Shown: positions 15,012 through 23,867 of the stretch, in pieces
Numbering within the stretch: position 1 is the first letter of the stretch
Layout: the number at the start of each line of letters is the position of its first letter
Virus record (IMG/VR): IMGVR_UViG_3300022752_000015
Location: 1-64,000 of that record
Strand: one strand, 5' to 3'
Length of the DNA stretch: 64,000 bases
Made by a program: the position numbers and the translations under genes
Notes under the pieces: model-generated
Told to the model about the DNA's origin: nothing
Seen by the model: the letters and a program-made list of their open reading frames with translations, nothing else
The model's database searches: none

Positions 15012-16301
15012 ATGGCAAAAGAAGAAATTCTCAGTTTTGTTGGCAGTACAAGATCCGTTGAATTGAGGTTGGAATGGGGTAACTCAACCTTGAAGGTTGT
15101 TGATCTAGATCCTCCTAGGAACTTCACTGTTGGAAACACGATACACTGCGATCATCACCTTCCCATCGAACCGGTGGAAATCATTCATGTTGAAGGTGAT
15201 GATGTTTTTCTATGTGGAGAAAAGCTGGGTTTTGATGTTGAGAAAACCATTGAACATGGTGGTGTTACGTTCCGTGCTCGGTTGGGGGATAGAGGTGAGA
15301 AGGTTGTTGGCGGGTTTGAATTAGGAAATGGTGGGTGGTTCAATGGATTATCAGCTGTGATTCATGCCGCGTTCCTGGGTGTCATATTCTACTACAATCC
15401 CCTGTTGAATTCCACCGAAGATGGATCGATAACCGAGGAACAGAGGATTGTTTTATCTCAGTATCTTTCCACCGCGGCCGAGAGGGAGGAGAAGAGGATG
15501 GAATCCGAGGTGGAAAATGTTCTAAGCGGTGGTGAGGTTGGTGGAAGATCCAAAGGAAGTGAAGGAAACATGGGAAGTAGTTCCTCCAAACCTTCCAACT
15601 CACGTTACACGGTTGCAGGACCGAAGGATAATGTGGATCCACATGTATCGAAACAGGTTGCTCTAAAGGATGCTGAGAACTTTGGAATGGTTGGATTGTT
15701 GAGTTCCACCGGAGGAGATCCGAATTCTCCAACATCTCCTTGGGGTAGAGATGATTCTCTTGGAAATGATGCGGTGAGTTTCAATGGTTCACTTTGGGGT
15801 GATCAACCTGGGGATAACTTTGGTTCCAATGGATTGGGGCTTTCTGGGATAGGTGAAGGAAGTGGTGGGCCTGGTGAGGGGATAGGCGTTGGACCGAACA
15901 TTGGGGGTTTGGGGAACAACATTCATCATGGGTTTGGACCACCAGGAGTGTTATCGAAGAAGTATGTGCAGAAGGATATAAAGATGAGACCGAGTTCGAC
16001 CAGTGTATCAGGAAGAATTCCGCCTGAGGTAATACAGAGGATTATTCGCCAGAATTATGGGCGGTTCAGGGCGTGTTACGAAACGGGGTTGAGGAACAAC
16101 CCATCGTTGAGCGGAAGGGTTGCGGTGAGGTTTGTTGTAGGGCGAGATGGGTCAGTGGCGAGTGTTGGGAATGGTGGATCTGATCTACCTGACGGAGGGG
16201 TTGTGAATTGTGTGGTGAATTCCTTCAGAGGTCTGTCGTTTCCTGCCCCTGATGATGGAATCGTGTCTGTAGGATACTCAATACAGTTTTCACCGGGATG
16301 A
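15012..16301 (+). CDS. AgmX/PglI C-terminal (TonB-like) domain membrane protein, GltG-like, myxobacterial type
   Basis: single TM segment, Gly-rich linker with PWGRDDSLGND, and C-terminal IQRIIRQNYGRFRACYETGLRNNPSLSGRVAVRFVVGRDG...FPAP. Confidence 0.85.
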   Translation: MAKEEILSFVGSTRSVELRLEWGNSTLKVVDLDPPRNFTVGNTIHCDHHLPIEPVEIIHVEGDDVFLCGEKLGFDVEKTIEHGGVTFRARLGDRGEKVVGGFELGNGGWFNGLSAVIHAAFLGVIFYYNPLLNSTEDGSITEEQRIVLSQYLSTAAEREEKRMESEVENVLSGGEVGGRSKGSEGNMGSSSSKPSNSRYTVAGPKDNVDPHVSKQVALKDAENFGMVGLLSSTGGDPNSPTSPWGRDDSLGNDAVSFNGSLWGDQPGDNFGSNGLGLSGIGEGSGGPGEGIGVGPNIGGLGNNIHHGFGPPGVLSKKYVQKDIKMRPSSTSVSGRIPPEVIQRIIRQNYGRFRACYETGLRNNPSLSGRVAVRFVVGRDGSVASVGNGGSDLPDGGVVNCVVNSFRGLSFPAPDDGIVSVGYSIQFSPG

Positions 16302-16310
16302 TTGTTGACT

Positions 16311-16505
16311 TCATTGTAACTTCTTTAAGTGACGGCTAAAGTAGGTCTTCACCGTTCCATCTGGGAATAACAACGTGCAAGTGGACTTCCTGAGCTTCAC
16401 AGTTCTACCCGATCCCACGACGAGCAGGATCGGGTATTTTCCCTCTTTAATCCACGCCGAAGGAATGTTGAGCGTGACGAGTTCACCGACTTTGAACGAA
16501 TCCAT
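16311..16505 (-). CDS. KOW/SH3-like mini-protein
   Basis: FKVGELV...LLVV...CTLLFPDG. Confidence 0.75.
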   Translation of the reverse strand: MDSFKVGELVTLNIPSAWIKEGKYPILLVVGSGRTVKLRKSTCTLLFPDGTVKTYFSRHLKKLQ

Positions 16506-16506
16506 G

Positions 16507-16719
16507 CTAACGATTGTGGACGATTATCTTGTTGTCGTCGACTCCTTCCCACACATCATACCAGAATCTCTTCTCATTATCCTCAAGCAGTTCAAAGGAA
16601 TATAGGATTGAATGTTTGCCGTGTAAATCTGAAGTGTCTTTGACGTTGAGGACAAGCCCATGGAACGTAAGGTTTGACGCCCACTCGTAGGTCACGAGGT
16701 CTCCAACGCGAACCTTCAT
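16507..16719 (-). CDS. KOW/SH3-like mini-protein
   Basis: RVGDLVTY...GLVLNV. Confidence 0.75.
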   Translation of the reverse strand: MKVRVGDLVTYEWASNLTFHGLVLNVKDTSDLHGKHSILYSFELLEDNEKRFWYDVWEGVDDNKIIVHNR

Positions 16720-17000
16720 GACTTCTCGTAGGAAACCATGGAGAACTTGCTCATGGTGTGGATGCCGGTGGGGGTGAGGACCTGCACGAAGGTCTCATAT
16801 TTCCCAGGGATGACAATCGCTGGAAAGATCTCTGAATCGCTGACAAAACTCATGAGATCCTCGAGATAGTAGTTGCCACCCTTACAGCTGTTTTGAGCAT
16901 CTGTGCTTGGATACATCAAAGATCCCATAGGAACATCGAAGATGTAGGCGTCACGGAAGTGCATGTCTATATTGTATCGATCGTGTTGCAAAAATTGCAC
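16716..17000 (-). CDS. hypothetical protein with SH3-like C-terminus
   Basis: AIVI...VQVLTPTG. Confidence 0.55.
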   Translation of the reverse strand: MQFLQHDRYNIDMHFRDAYIFDVPMGSLMYPSTDAQNSCKGGNYYLEDLMSFVSDSEIFPAIVIPGKYETFVQVLTPTGIHTMSKFSMVSYEKS

Positions 17001-17013
17001 GAATAAATCAGCA

Positions 17014-17424
17014 TCACTTCATGTTGAAAAGCGTCAGGCCTGACAGCGTGAGCAAGGTGGCCACGAGGTGCTTCAATTCGAACTCTTCGTTGAGGAAAGC
17101 TATCGACAGCACGGTCGTGATGACAGGTGAGGCAGATATCATCACCGAAAGTGCTCCTGTCGTGTTCGATGATTTCAATAGCATCCCAAACATCACAGCA
17201 CCACAGATGTGCAGACACGTGGTGATCACTGCGTAGATCACGCCTTGTGAATCTATGGACGAGTGTTTGGGCGCAAAATTGTACCATGCCGGGACCAGTG
17301 CCAGATAAATGAAAGCAGAGATGATCTGCATGTGGTAAGGATGAATTTTATCGACAGATAATTTTCGAAAGAACGCAGACAATCCGAAAGACAAAATTGT
17401 TGCTGCGATCAGTATGCGGTTCAT
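17014..17424 (-). CDS. EamA/DMT-family small membrane transporter
   Basis: 4-5 TM helices; SPVITTVLSIAFLNE..L motif. Confidence 0.8.
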   Translation of the reverse strand: MNRILIAATILSFGLSAFFRKLSVDKIHPYHMQIISAFIYLALVPAWYNFAPKHSSIDSQGVIYAVITTCLHICGAVMFGMLLKSSNTTGALSVMISASPVITTVLSIAFLNEEFELKHLVATLLTLSGLTLFNMK

Positions 17425-17431
17425 TGGATTC

Positions 17432-17677
17432 TTATATTAACACATTTTTTAGATAATTTTCGTCAGAAGCAAGAGTTAACTCATAATCATAAAATTGGTA
17501 CATCTTGCCTTCAGGTGTCAAGACGTCGCATATCATACGTTTATAGTCAGCCACACGCTGCTCTTCCTTGTAAACATTTAACACCACGAAGACAGAATCA
17601 TTCCAATGCGGGAGGATGTTGTCATATCCAAACCACATAGGATCTATTCTGACGAGGTCTCCTAACTTTAATTTCAC
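17432..17677 (-). CDS. KOW/SH3-like mini-protein
   Basis: KLGDLVRI...VVLNV...DVLTPEG. Confidence 0.75.
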   Translation of the reverse strand: MKLKLGDLVRIDPMWFGYDNILPHWNDSVFVVLNVYKEEQRVADYKRMICDVLTPEGKMYQFYDYELTLASDENYLKNVLI

Positions 17678-17681
17678 TGCT

Positions 17682-17924
17682 CTATATTTTTTCTAAGATT
17701 GCTGTTTTTGTCCATCCTGTCGTTCCGTCTGACAGCATTAAAAAAATGTTGTGTTGCCTTAAGTACACCACAAGCATTATGTCACCAGGTCGTATTATGC
17801 TCGTTACATCTAGAGAAGAGTCTTCGTAGTCTGGGCCTGCCCATAGAACATATCCCATCTTGAACGATGGATTGTCATTTTTGAATATGACTAGATCGCC
17901 GATCTCGATGGGATCGTGACACAC
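17682..17924 (-). CDS. KOW/SH3-like mini-protein
   Basis: IGDLVIF...GW...LEKI. Confidence 0.7.
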   Translation of the reverse strand: MCHDPIEIGDLVIFKNDNPSFKMGYVLWAGPDYEDSSLDVTSIIRPGDIMLVVYLRQHNIFLMLSDGTTGWTKTAILEKI

Positions 17925-17966
17925 ATAAATTAAGTATTTATCGAATATCGATTTTCATCGAAAAAT

Positions 17967-18197
17967 TTAGTGTAAAGTCTCTTTAGCAAACGTATAAGGA
18001 GCAGTAGACACTAGAGGTGAAATCGTAGTTCCATCGTATACCCAGGGAACATGTGGAGCTGCATCATCATGATTTTTGTTTAAAAGTCTAACAACATCAT
18101 GGATGTAATCCAATTTGGAACTTATTTCAAAAACGTCCACGGCGGTGCCATGCTTGTCGACGACAAAGATAAAAGGAAGCGGAACGACTATTTGCAA
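17967..18197 (-). CDS. hypothetical protein
   Basis: ORF in the coupled minus-strand run. Confidence 0.55.
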   Translation of the reverse strand: MQIVVPLPFIFVVDKHGTAVDVFEISSKLDYIHDVVRLLNKNHDDAAPHVPWVYDGTTISPLVSTAPYTFAKETLH

Positions 18198-18430
18198 TTT
18201 TTTACCTCTAGTTCGATTTTTTGTCGCAGTTTTTTCAATCTCTCAACAGAATCATAATCTGCGTATTCTAGTTCGACGCCGATCGCAATGTTGACTGTTT
18301 CATTCGCCTCTTTTAGGAGGCTGACTAGATTTTCGATCCTTACCTTGAGCTCATCTCTTTCAATGATGACTTTATCCAACGCCTTCATAGTATTACAACT
18401 TAATTTATCATCACAAGTCGTTTTTTTCAA
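18188..18430 (-). CDS. hypothetical coiled-coil protein
   Basis: heptad-like charge pattern. Confidence 0.55.
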   Translation of the reverse strand: MKKTTCDDKLSCNTMKALDKVIIERDELKVRIENLVSLLKEANETVNIAIGVELEYADYDSVERLKKLRQKIELEVKNCK

Positions 18431-19115
18431 TAATAGAAGAAAAAATTGCTTTCTTAAAGTCTCTTACGACATTCTCGTGTTGTTTAGAGAGCATCGTGGT
18501 CTCGCCCGCCTTCCCGCTGCCATACCATGTGCCGACAGGGCACAGAGAAAACCACGTTTTATGAACTCGTTTATCGTCTCTTGGAAATCCTTTCCAGGTG
18601 GTATCGGTCCCAACAAACAGCATGATCGAATTGGGATCTAGGCCTGCAGCTTTGAACTCTTCAATCCTTTTCAAGAAATCGCCTTCCCATTCCTTACGAC
18701 GGCGCCCTAAAGACGTTTTGCACTCCACGATCAATTTTAGTTTTTCGTCTTTCCAAATTCCAACGTCAGGTTTTCGATATCCTGATGGCAACTTCACGTT
18801 TTTCTCTGAAGACACTTGAAATCCAAGATGCCTCATCGTAGGTTGTCTGATAAATGAATCAACAAGCATGTTGACAGACTCAGTCACGATCTCTGATAAA
18901 GCGGGTTCTTTTGCTCTGCCAAGAGTCTCTGACAATGCGCGGACCCGAAGAGCAGAAGTATCCAGATATTTGCATAATGATGACTGTAATTGATCTTCAG
19001 ACAATCTCAAGTCTGCCGCCAAGTCGCAGGCCGTTGCATAGTTCAACAATTCCTGTGTGGGCTGGATCTGCTTGTAGCTGAAATTCCGCTTGATTCTTTC
19101 GACCAATGATTCCAT
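18411..19115 (-). CDS. PD-(D/E)XK restriction-endonuclease-like protein
   Basis: RKPDVGIW...IVECKTSLG catalytic-type motif; GAGGA SD. Confidence 0.65.
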   Translation of the reverse strand: MESLVERIKRNFSYKQIQPTQELLNYATACDLAADLRLSEDQLQSSLCKYLDTSALRVRALSETLGRAKEPALSEIVTESVNMLVDSFIRQPTMRHLGFQVSSEKNVKLPSGYRKPDVGIWKDEKLKLIVECKTSLGRRRKEWEGDFLKRIEEFKAAGLDPNSIMLFVGTDTTWKGFPRDDKRVHKTWFSLCPVGTWYGSGKAGETTMLSKQHENVVRDFKKAIFSSIIEKNDL

Positions 19116-19129
19116 CTTTTCCTCTTACG

Positions 19130-19369
19130 TCAGCAAGGATTGTTTCGATAATATTGGATCAATTGGAGTATTTTTTCCATCTCTAAATCGTCACAATCCT
19201 TATAGGATCTTCCTAGCCTAGCTTTCAGGCGTTCCCAAATGTGGGCATATGAGTTGCGCTGCTTCAAAAATTTGCAAGGAGGTAAGCGACCTTTAAGATG
19301 ATCTCCTGCTTCACGAGCAGCCTTGCGAACGATTTCTTGATTCTCCTTGGACAACCCCATGCATTTCAT
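19130..19369 (-). CDS. conserved hypothetical protein
   Basis: GDHLKGRLPP...RNSYAHI...GRSYKD motif. Confidence 0.6.
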   Translation of the reverse strand: MKCMGLSKENQEIVRKAAREAGDHLKGRLPPCKFLKQRNSYAHIWERLKARLGRSYKDCDDLEMEKILQLIQYYRNNPC

Positions 19370-19386
19370 TGTAACACGTCAAGGTG

Positions 19387-19731
19387 TCAGATTTCATGAA
19401 CATGAAGCATGTTTATTTCGTAGACAAATCCGCTACCAGAGGCTGCAGTAACGTACCAGTAATTTGCTCCCATTTTTCTTGACAGAAAGACTGTCGTCAC
19501 GACGTCACCAAAAGAAAAATATCCTAAGGGGTGTTGTATGTCATTGTCTGCAACCCAGTACGGTACTAAATCATATGCGATGATTGCAAGATCTCCAGGA
19601 TTAAATTTAGATTTTTTTTCATCTATTTTTTTTTGACGTTCGTTGTAACATTTCTCTGAACAGAAATTCCCGTTCTCGCCACAGATCACGAATGTGTTCG
19701 GAATCACGTTCGAACATTTCTTCTTGCTCAT
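19387..19731 (-). CDS. small Cys-motif plus KOW/SH3-like protein
   Basis: CGE..NFCSEKC, then FNPGDLA; extended -10 TGaTAGGAT 6 nt upstream of the ATG. Confidence 0.7.
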   Translation of the reverse strand: MSKKKCSNVIPNTFVICGENGNFCSEKCYNERQKKIDEKKSKFNPGDLAIIAYDLVPYWVADNDIQHPLGYFSFGDVVTTVFLSRKMGANYWYVTAASGSGFVYEINMLHVHEI

Positions 19732-19757
19732 AATTTGATCCTATCATATTATAAGAA

Positions 19758-19994
19758 TTACTGCGTGGCAAAAGGCATCAAAAGTTCAATCGGTACGTTT
19801 TTCACCGTACCATCAAATGTCAAAACTTTGGCGGATCTGCACGTTGCGGGTTGATTTGGATACGACAATATGATCACCATACGACGGTTCAGGTTAGCTG
19901 ACGTGCCGTCTGAATTTTCGTACGCGTCGGTGTAATCCCAGGCAAGGTCACCGAGTTCCATATACATAAATATTGAATCAGCAAAAATTCGCAA
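19758..19994 (-). CDS. KOW/SH3-like mini-protein (start uncertain)
   Basis: LGDLAW...VIIL...AKVLTFDG. Confidence 0.6.
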   Translation of the reverse strand: MRIFADSIFMYMELGDLAWDYTDAYENSDGTSANLNRRMVIILSYPNQPATCRSAKVLTFDGTVKNVPIELLMPFATQ

Positions 19995-20026
19995 GTGAAT
20001 TATATTTATTTTTGAGGAGGTTTGTC

Positions 20027-20794
20027 ATGAACAACCTAAAAACCTCAAAAAATGGATTGGAATTTATTTCTAGATGGGAAGGCGTCGTGTTACAACCGTA
20101 CATGGACGTTGGGGGATTGTGGACTATCGGGATTGGACATTTAATAACTCCGTACGATTCGTTTAGTACGATACCTAATGAAAAAGTTAAGGCGTTGTTA
20201 AAATCCAAAGATAGATCTCATCCTTATTCAGAACTTTTGATATCTAGAGAGGAGGCGCTGGAGTTCCTTGCAAGAGACATAGTCGACGTGGAAACAGCGC
20301 TCAATCGAGATATCAGAGTTCCTCTCAATCAGAATCAATTTGATGCGCTCGTATCGTTTGGATTTAACTGCGGTACAGGCGTTTTCAAAACTTCAGGAGC
20401 GTGTAGAGCGTTGAACGCAGGAAATTACAATGCTGTTGCAGAAAGATTATTAGATTGGAGTAAAGTAAGAATTGGTGGCGAACTGAGAACGAATAAAGGT
20501 CTTTTGGCAAGACGAACCGCTGAAGGAGAATTATTCAACAAAATTCCGTTTGTTCCTGTCGATCCGCACGAAGTACCAACAATCGTGTCGTGGACGAGAG
20601 AAACAATCATGGATACTCAAACCAGGCTGAAAATGCTTGGCTTGTATCCAGGAGTAATCGACGGGATTATGGGACCAGCCACAAGAAAAGGAATCGAAGA
20701 TTTCTCAAAAAAATACAACGTACCGACAGGCGCGGACCCAAAGATAGGAATTGCTCCTTCATGGTTAGCTGCGCTCGCAAAGGTGGTCGGATAA
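20027..20794 (+). CDS. endolysin: GH24 (T4-type) lysozyme with C-terminal peptidoglycan-binding domain
   Basis: WEG-x8-D-x5-TIGIGH, LNQNQFDALVSFGFNCG, GLLARRTAE, DGIMGPAT; GAGGAGG SD. Confidence 0.92.
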   Translation: MNNLKTSKNGLEFISRWEGVVLQPYMDVGGLWTIGIGHLITPYDSFSTIPNEKVKALLKSKDRSHPYSELLISREEALEFLARDIVDVETALNRDIRVPLNQNQFDALVSFGFNCGTGVFKTSGACRALNAGNYNAVAERLLDWSKVRIGGELRTNKGLLARRTAEGELFNKIPFVPVDPHEVPTIVSWTRETIMDTQTRLKMLGLYPGVIDGIMGPATRKGIEDFSKKYNVPTGADPKIGIAPSWLAALAKVVG

Positions 20795-20881
20795 AAAATC
20801 AAACAATATAAAATTCATGAGGAATTTTGTAAAAAAATTAAAATCAATTTTTCACAAAAATTCAGTAGCGAACATAAATAT

Positions 20882-20943
20882 TCATATGGGAAGATGAGCT
20901 TCCCATATGACAAGTACGTACAACTAAGGACCCTGCTGGGTCC
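20882..20943 (+). promoter_or_regulatory. structured 5' leader: 12-bp perfect hairpin and 6-bp hairpin
   Basis: TCATATGGGAAG-N5-CTTCCCATATGA and GGACCC-N4-GGGTCC, upstream of the AAGGA SD. Confidence 0.55.
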
Positions 20944-20965
20944 GCAACAAAGGATGATATAAGTT

Positions 20966-22972
20966 ATGGCAAGAACATTCGTTCAGCAATCACAGATCAG
21001 TGGTTCATTAACATTTAACGATGCGATGGAAGCAGGCTCCGCGCTTGCTGGCAAGCAGACACTCGTAGGCGACCTCGACGCACTCCGCTCGCAGATCAAC
21101 AAGATCGTCGGCGGTGAGCGCTGGTACGATGCACTCAGCGGTTCACAAAACCTCGCAGACATCTACGCAGCATTGCAGGTAACTGGGGCTGATGCAAGCT
21201 TCCAGGGCGCAATGGACGTCGCTGGTGTGGCAGATTTTGATTCAGCAGTCTTCATGGCTTCTGATCTCGGAGTTTCTGGTTCGCTCGTTGTAGCAGGTCT
21301 TGCAGACCTCAACGGCGCACTTGAAGTAGCCGGAGTAGCTGACTTCGCTTCTGCAGCCTACATGGCTTCGGATCTTGGCGTCAGCGGCTCGCTCACAGTT
21401 GCAGGCCTCTCTGACCTCAACGGCGCCCTCGAGGTTGCTGGTGTGGCAGACTTCGCTTCAGCAGTCTACGCGGCTTCTGACCTCGGTGTCAGCGGATCAA
21501 TCACGGTTGCAGGACCTGCAACAATGAATGATGGCCTCACCGTAACAGGCGATCGTCTCGAAGTAACAGGTTCCATGGGCATCACCGGTGCAGTCGACTT
21601 CGACAGCACGCTCAACGTCGATGGCGTTGCAGACTTCAAGGCAGACGTCTATATGGCAGCTGCTCTCGGCGTCTCAGGTTCTGCATCTGTAGCAGGAGCA
21701 CTCGACGCAGGTTCACTCGAAGTTGCAGGTCTCTCTGACCTCAACGGTGCACTTGAAGTAGCTGGTGTTGCAGACTTCACATCTGACGTCTACATGGCAG
21801 CAGCCCTCGGTGTAAGCGGTTCGCTCACAGTTGCCCAAGCAGCAACGCTCTCTAATGGCCTCACGGTCAATGGAGCAGCTGCTGACTTCAATGCTGACGT
21901 AACAGCAAACAAGATCAGCATCGATGGCGATGCTGCTATGCACCTCTACATCGTTGATGCAGATGGTTCTATCAAGGATGAAGCTGCACTTTGGTTCGAC
22001 GGAACCAAGCTCTACGTGACCGGCGCTCTTGAGATCTCAGATGACCTCAAGGTCGGTGGAAACGACATCATCGACGGTTCCGACGCAACAGTGATCACAT
22101 TCAAGTCGATCAACAGCGTCGCCTCCAGCGTCGAAGTTGCAAACAACATGGAAGTCAAGGGCGACATGTTCTATGCCGTCAGCGCTTCTTTCTCAGGAGA
22201 CGTCACAGTCCAAGGTGATCTCACGATCCAGGGCTCGATGACATACATCGACACCGAGAACCTCAAGGTGAAGGATGCACTCATCCACCTCAACACAGGC
22301 GGAAACTCTAACCTCTCTCCACGTGGCCTTGTGCTCCATGGCGACCAGGCATATGACGATCTCGCCTTCGGCGCAAAGCCTGCTTCTGGTGACTTCGTCC
22401 TCGCAAAGGAAGTCTCTGACGCAGACGTCGACGCAGGAAACAGCGACGTATTCGCTAACGCGAAGCTCGCAGCAATGTGGATGTCTGAGATCAAGCTCGG
22501 TGGCATCGAAGGATCGCTCAGCGGTTCATTCGTGGCAACAGCAGCTGGTGCAGAACTCAGCTCAACAGCAGCACTCTCAGTCGCAGCAGCAGACGACATG
22601 ACCCTCGGTGCCAACGGCGAAGAAATCGGTCTCATGTCATCCGCCGAGAAGGGCGACTTCGACACGAACTTCGATGCAACGACGATCGTCGGCGCTCTCA
22701 ACGAGCTCTTCGACATGATCGGCGGTGGTTCTGCAGCTAAGGGTGACCTCAGCGTGGCAAACGTCGCAGGTAACACACTCACCTTCAGCTCGATCGGCAC
22801 ACTCACGGCAGCAGAACACAAGTTGGTCGACGTTTACCTCAACGGCGTCCTTCTCTCTCCAAGCCGCGATCTCTCCGGTCTCACAACGACAACTGTCGAC
22901 CTCGACTCTGCAATCGCCAGCGGCCTCATGGCTGATGACGTTATCACAGTCGTGATCCGCAGCGCAGTCTGA
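20966..22972 (+). CDS. virion fibre/structural protein with beta-helix-type repeats
   Basis: 36-aa tandem repeats (ASDLGVSGSLxVAGLxDLNGALEVAGVADFASAxYx) with 6-aa sub-period; C-terminal VYLNGVLL; strong codon bias. Confidence 0.7.
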   Translation: MARTFVQQSQISGSLTFNDAMEAGSALAGKQTLVGDLDALRSQINKIVGGERWYDALSGSQNLADIYAALQVTGADASFQGAMDVAGVADFDSAVFMASDLGVSGSLVVAGLADLNGALEVAGVADFASAAYMASDLGVSGSLTVAGLSDLNGALEVAGVADFASAVYAASDLGVSGSITVAGPATMNDGLTVTGDRLEVTGSMGITGAVDFDSTLNVDGVADFKADVYMAAALGVSGSASVAGALDAGSLEVAGLSDLNGALEVAGVADFTSDVYMAAALGVSGSLTVAQAATLSNGLTVNGAAADFNADVTANKISIDGDAAMHLYIVDADGSIKDEAALWFDGTKLYVTGALEISDDLKVGGNDIIDGSDATVITFKSINSVASSVEVANNMEVKGDMFYAVSASFSGDVTVQGDLTIQGSMTYIDTENLKVKDALIHLNTGGNSNLSPRGLVLHGDQAYDDLAFGAKPASGDFVLAKEVSDADVDAGNSDVFANAKLAAMWMSEIKLGGIEGSLSGSFVATAAGAELSSTAALSVAAADDMTLGANGEEIGLMSSAEKGDFDTNFDATTIVGALNELFDMIGGGSAAKGDLSVANVAGNTLTFSSIGTLTAAEHKLVDVYLNGVLLSPSRDLSGLTTTTVDLDSAIASGLMADDVITVVIRSAV

Positions 22973-23007
22973 ACCTAATACGTTCCCTTAATAAAATAAG
23001 GTGAGCT

Positions 23008-23040
23008 TCGGAGGCCTCGAAAGGGGCCTCCGATTTTTTT
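23008..23040 (+). terminator. rho-independent terminator
   Basis: TCGGAGGCCTC-GAAA-GGGGCCTCCGA followed by a T-run. Confidence 0.85.
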
Positions 23041-23056
23041 TGGTATATTTAGTTAC

Positions 23057-23665
23057 ATGAGCATAATCGAAAATTTAGCACATTCTTTAGTAATTGTCCA
23101 AGAGTTGGGCGTGAAGACAGATGACGCGCTTGAGAAAAAAAAGGAAGAAATAAAGCTTACAGCGGGTGGCGTCGCGGCCATCACAGAGCTTGTTAGGATT
23201 CATAGCGAATTTATGGAAAAGAACAAGCAAGAGCTCGAAGCAAAAGTAAAAGAAGGCAAATTAACCCAAGAATTCGTTAAAGCTGCTATGAGCATCTCTT
23301 CAAAATCGCACGACGTTGTTAAAAAATTCTTGACAGACAAAACGGCTCAATACAACATAAAACGAGGAGAATCTTTGGCTTTGGAGTCTAGCGTGAAACT
23401 GTTGAAAACGACTCACGACGTGTTAGACAATAACAAACGTTCAATAGAAGAAGCAAAGAAAGCAGAATTGGAAGCAAAGAAAGCAGAAAATGAGCTTCTT
23501 GAAAAGCAAAGAGAAGAACAAACGCAACAAGTTCGTTTTGAAGAAATTAGTGAGGTCCCAAAGAAAGCAGTGGGCAGAAAGAAAAGAAGACCTGACGAAG
23601 CAGCTCACGTTTCAGAAACTGTGAACAGGCTTAAAGAATCTCGCAGAAAAAAAGCCAATAAATAA
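23057..23665 (+). CDS. coiled-coil hypothetical protein
   Basis: E/K-rich heptads. Confidence 0.7.
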   Translation: MSIIENLAHSLVIVQELGVKTDDALEKKKEEIKLTAGGVAAITELVRIHSEFMEKNKQELEAKVKEGKLTQEFVKAAMSISSKSHDVVKKFLTDKTAQYNIKRGESLALESSVKLLKTTHDVLDNNKRSIEEAKKAELEAKKAENELLEKQREEQTQQVRFEEISEVPKKAVGRKKRRPDEAAHVSETVNRLKESRRKKANK

Positions 23666-23666
23666 G

Positions 23667-23855
23667 CTACCAAATCTCTCTACTCGTGTAGTTTCTTTTT
23701 GGAGGAATGCTCCAAAGAATCAAAATTTCTTCTGCAGATAAAAACTCAATAACCATTCCGGTCGCGTTTTCATCTGCAGAAGATTTGACAAGACATCCTA
23801 CGGATAACTCTTCATCGAGAGCAATTACTTCTTTTATAGACACAACTAACTTCAC
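23667..23855 (-). CDS. KOW/SH3-like mini-protein
   Basis: VGCLVK...GMVIEF...ILILW. Confidence 0.55.
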   Translation of the reverse strand: MKLVVSIKEVIALDEELSVGCLVKSSADENATGMVIEFLSAEEILILWSIPPKRNYTSREIW

Positions 23856-23867
23856 GTGATCTATATA

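Noticed and set aside
12900-16500. Assembly chimera as the sole cause of the compositional shift
   Set aside because: The change is graded, and the same KOW family and promoter type continue across it. It is disfavoured but needs read-level confirmation.
21230-21860. 108-nt tandem repeats as a possible CRISPR array or DGR
   Set aside because: They are in-frame coding repeats without unique spacers, and there is no cas gene or reverse transcriptase in the window.
21713-22955. Long alternative-frame and antisense ORFs over the fibre gene (e.g. 22171..22821)
   Set aside because: They are explained by the strong codon bias of the real gene.
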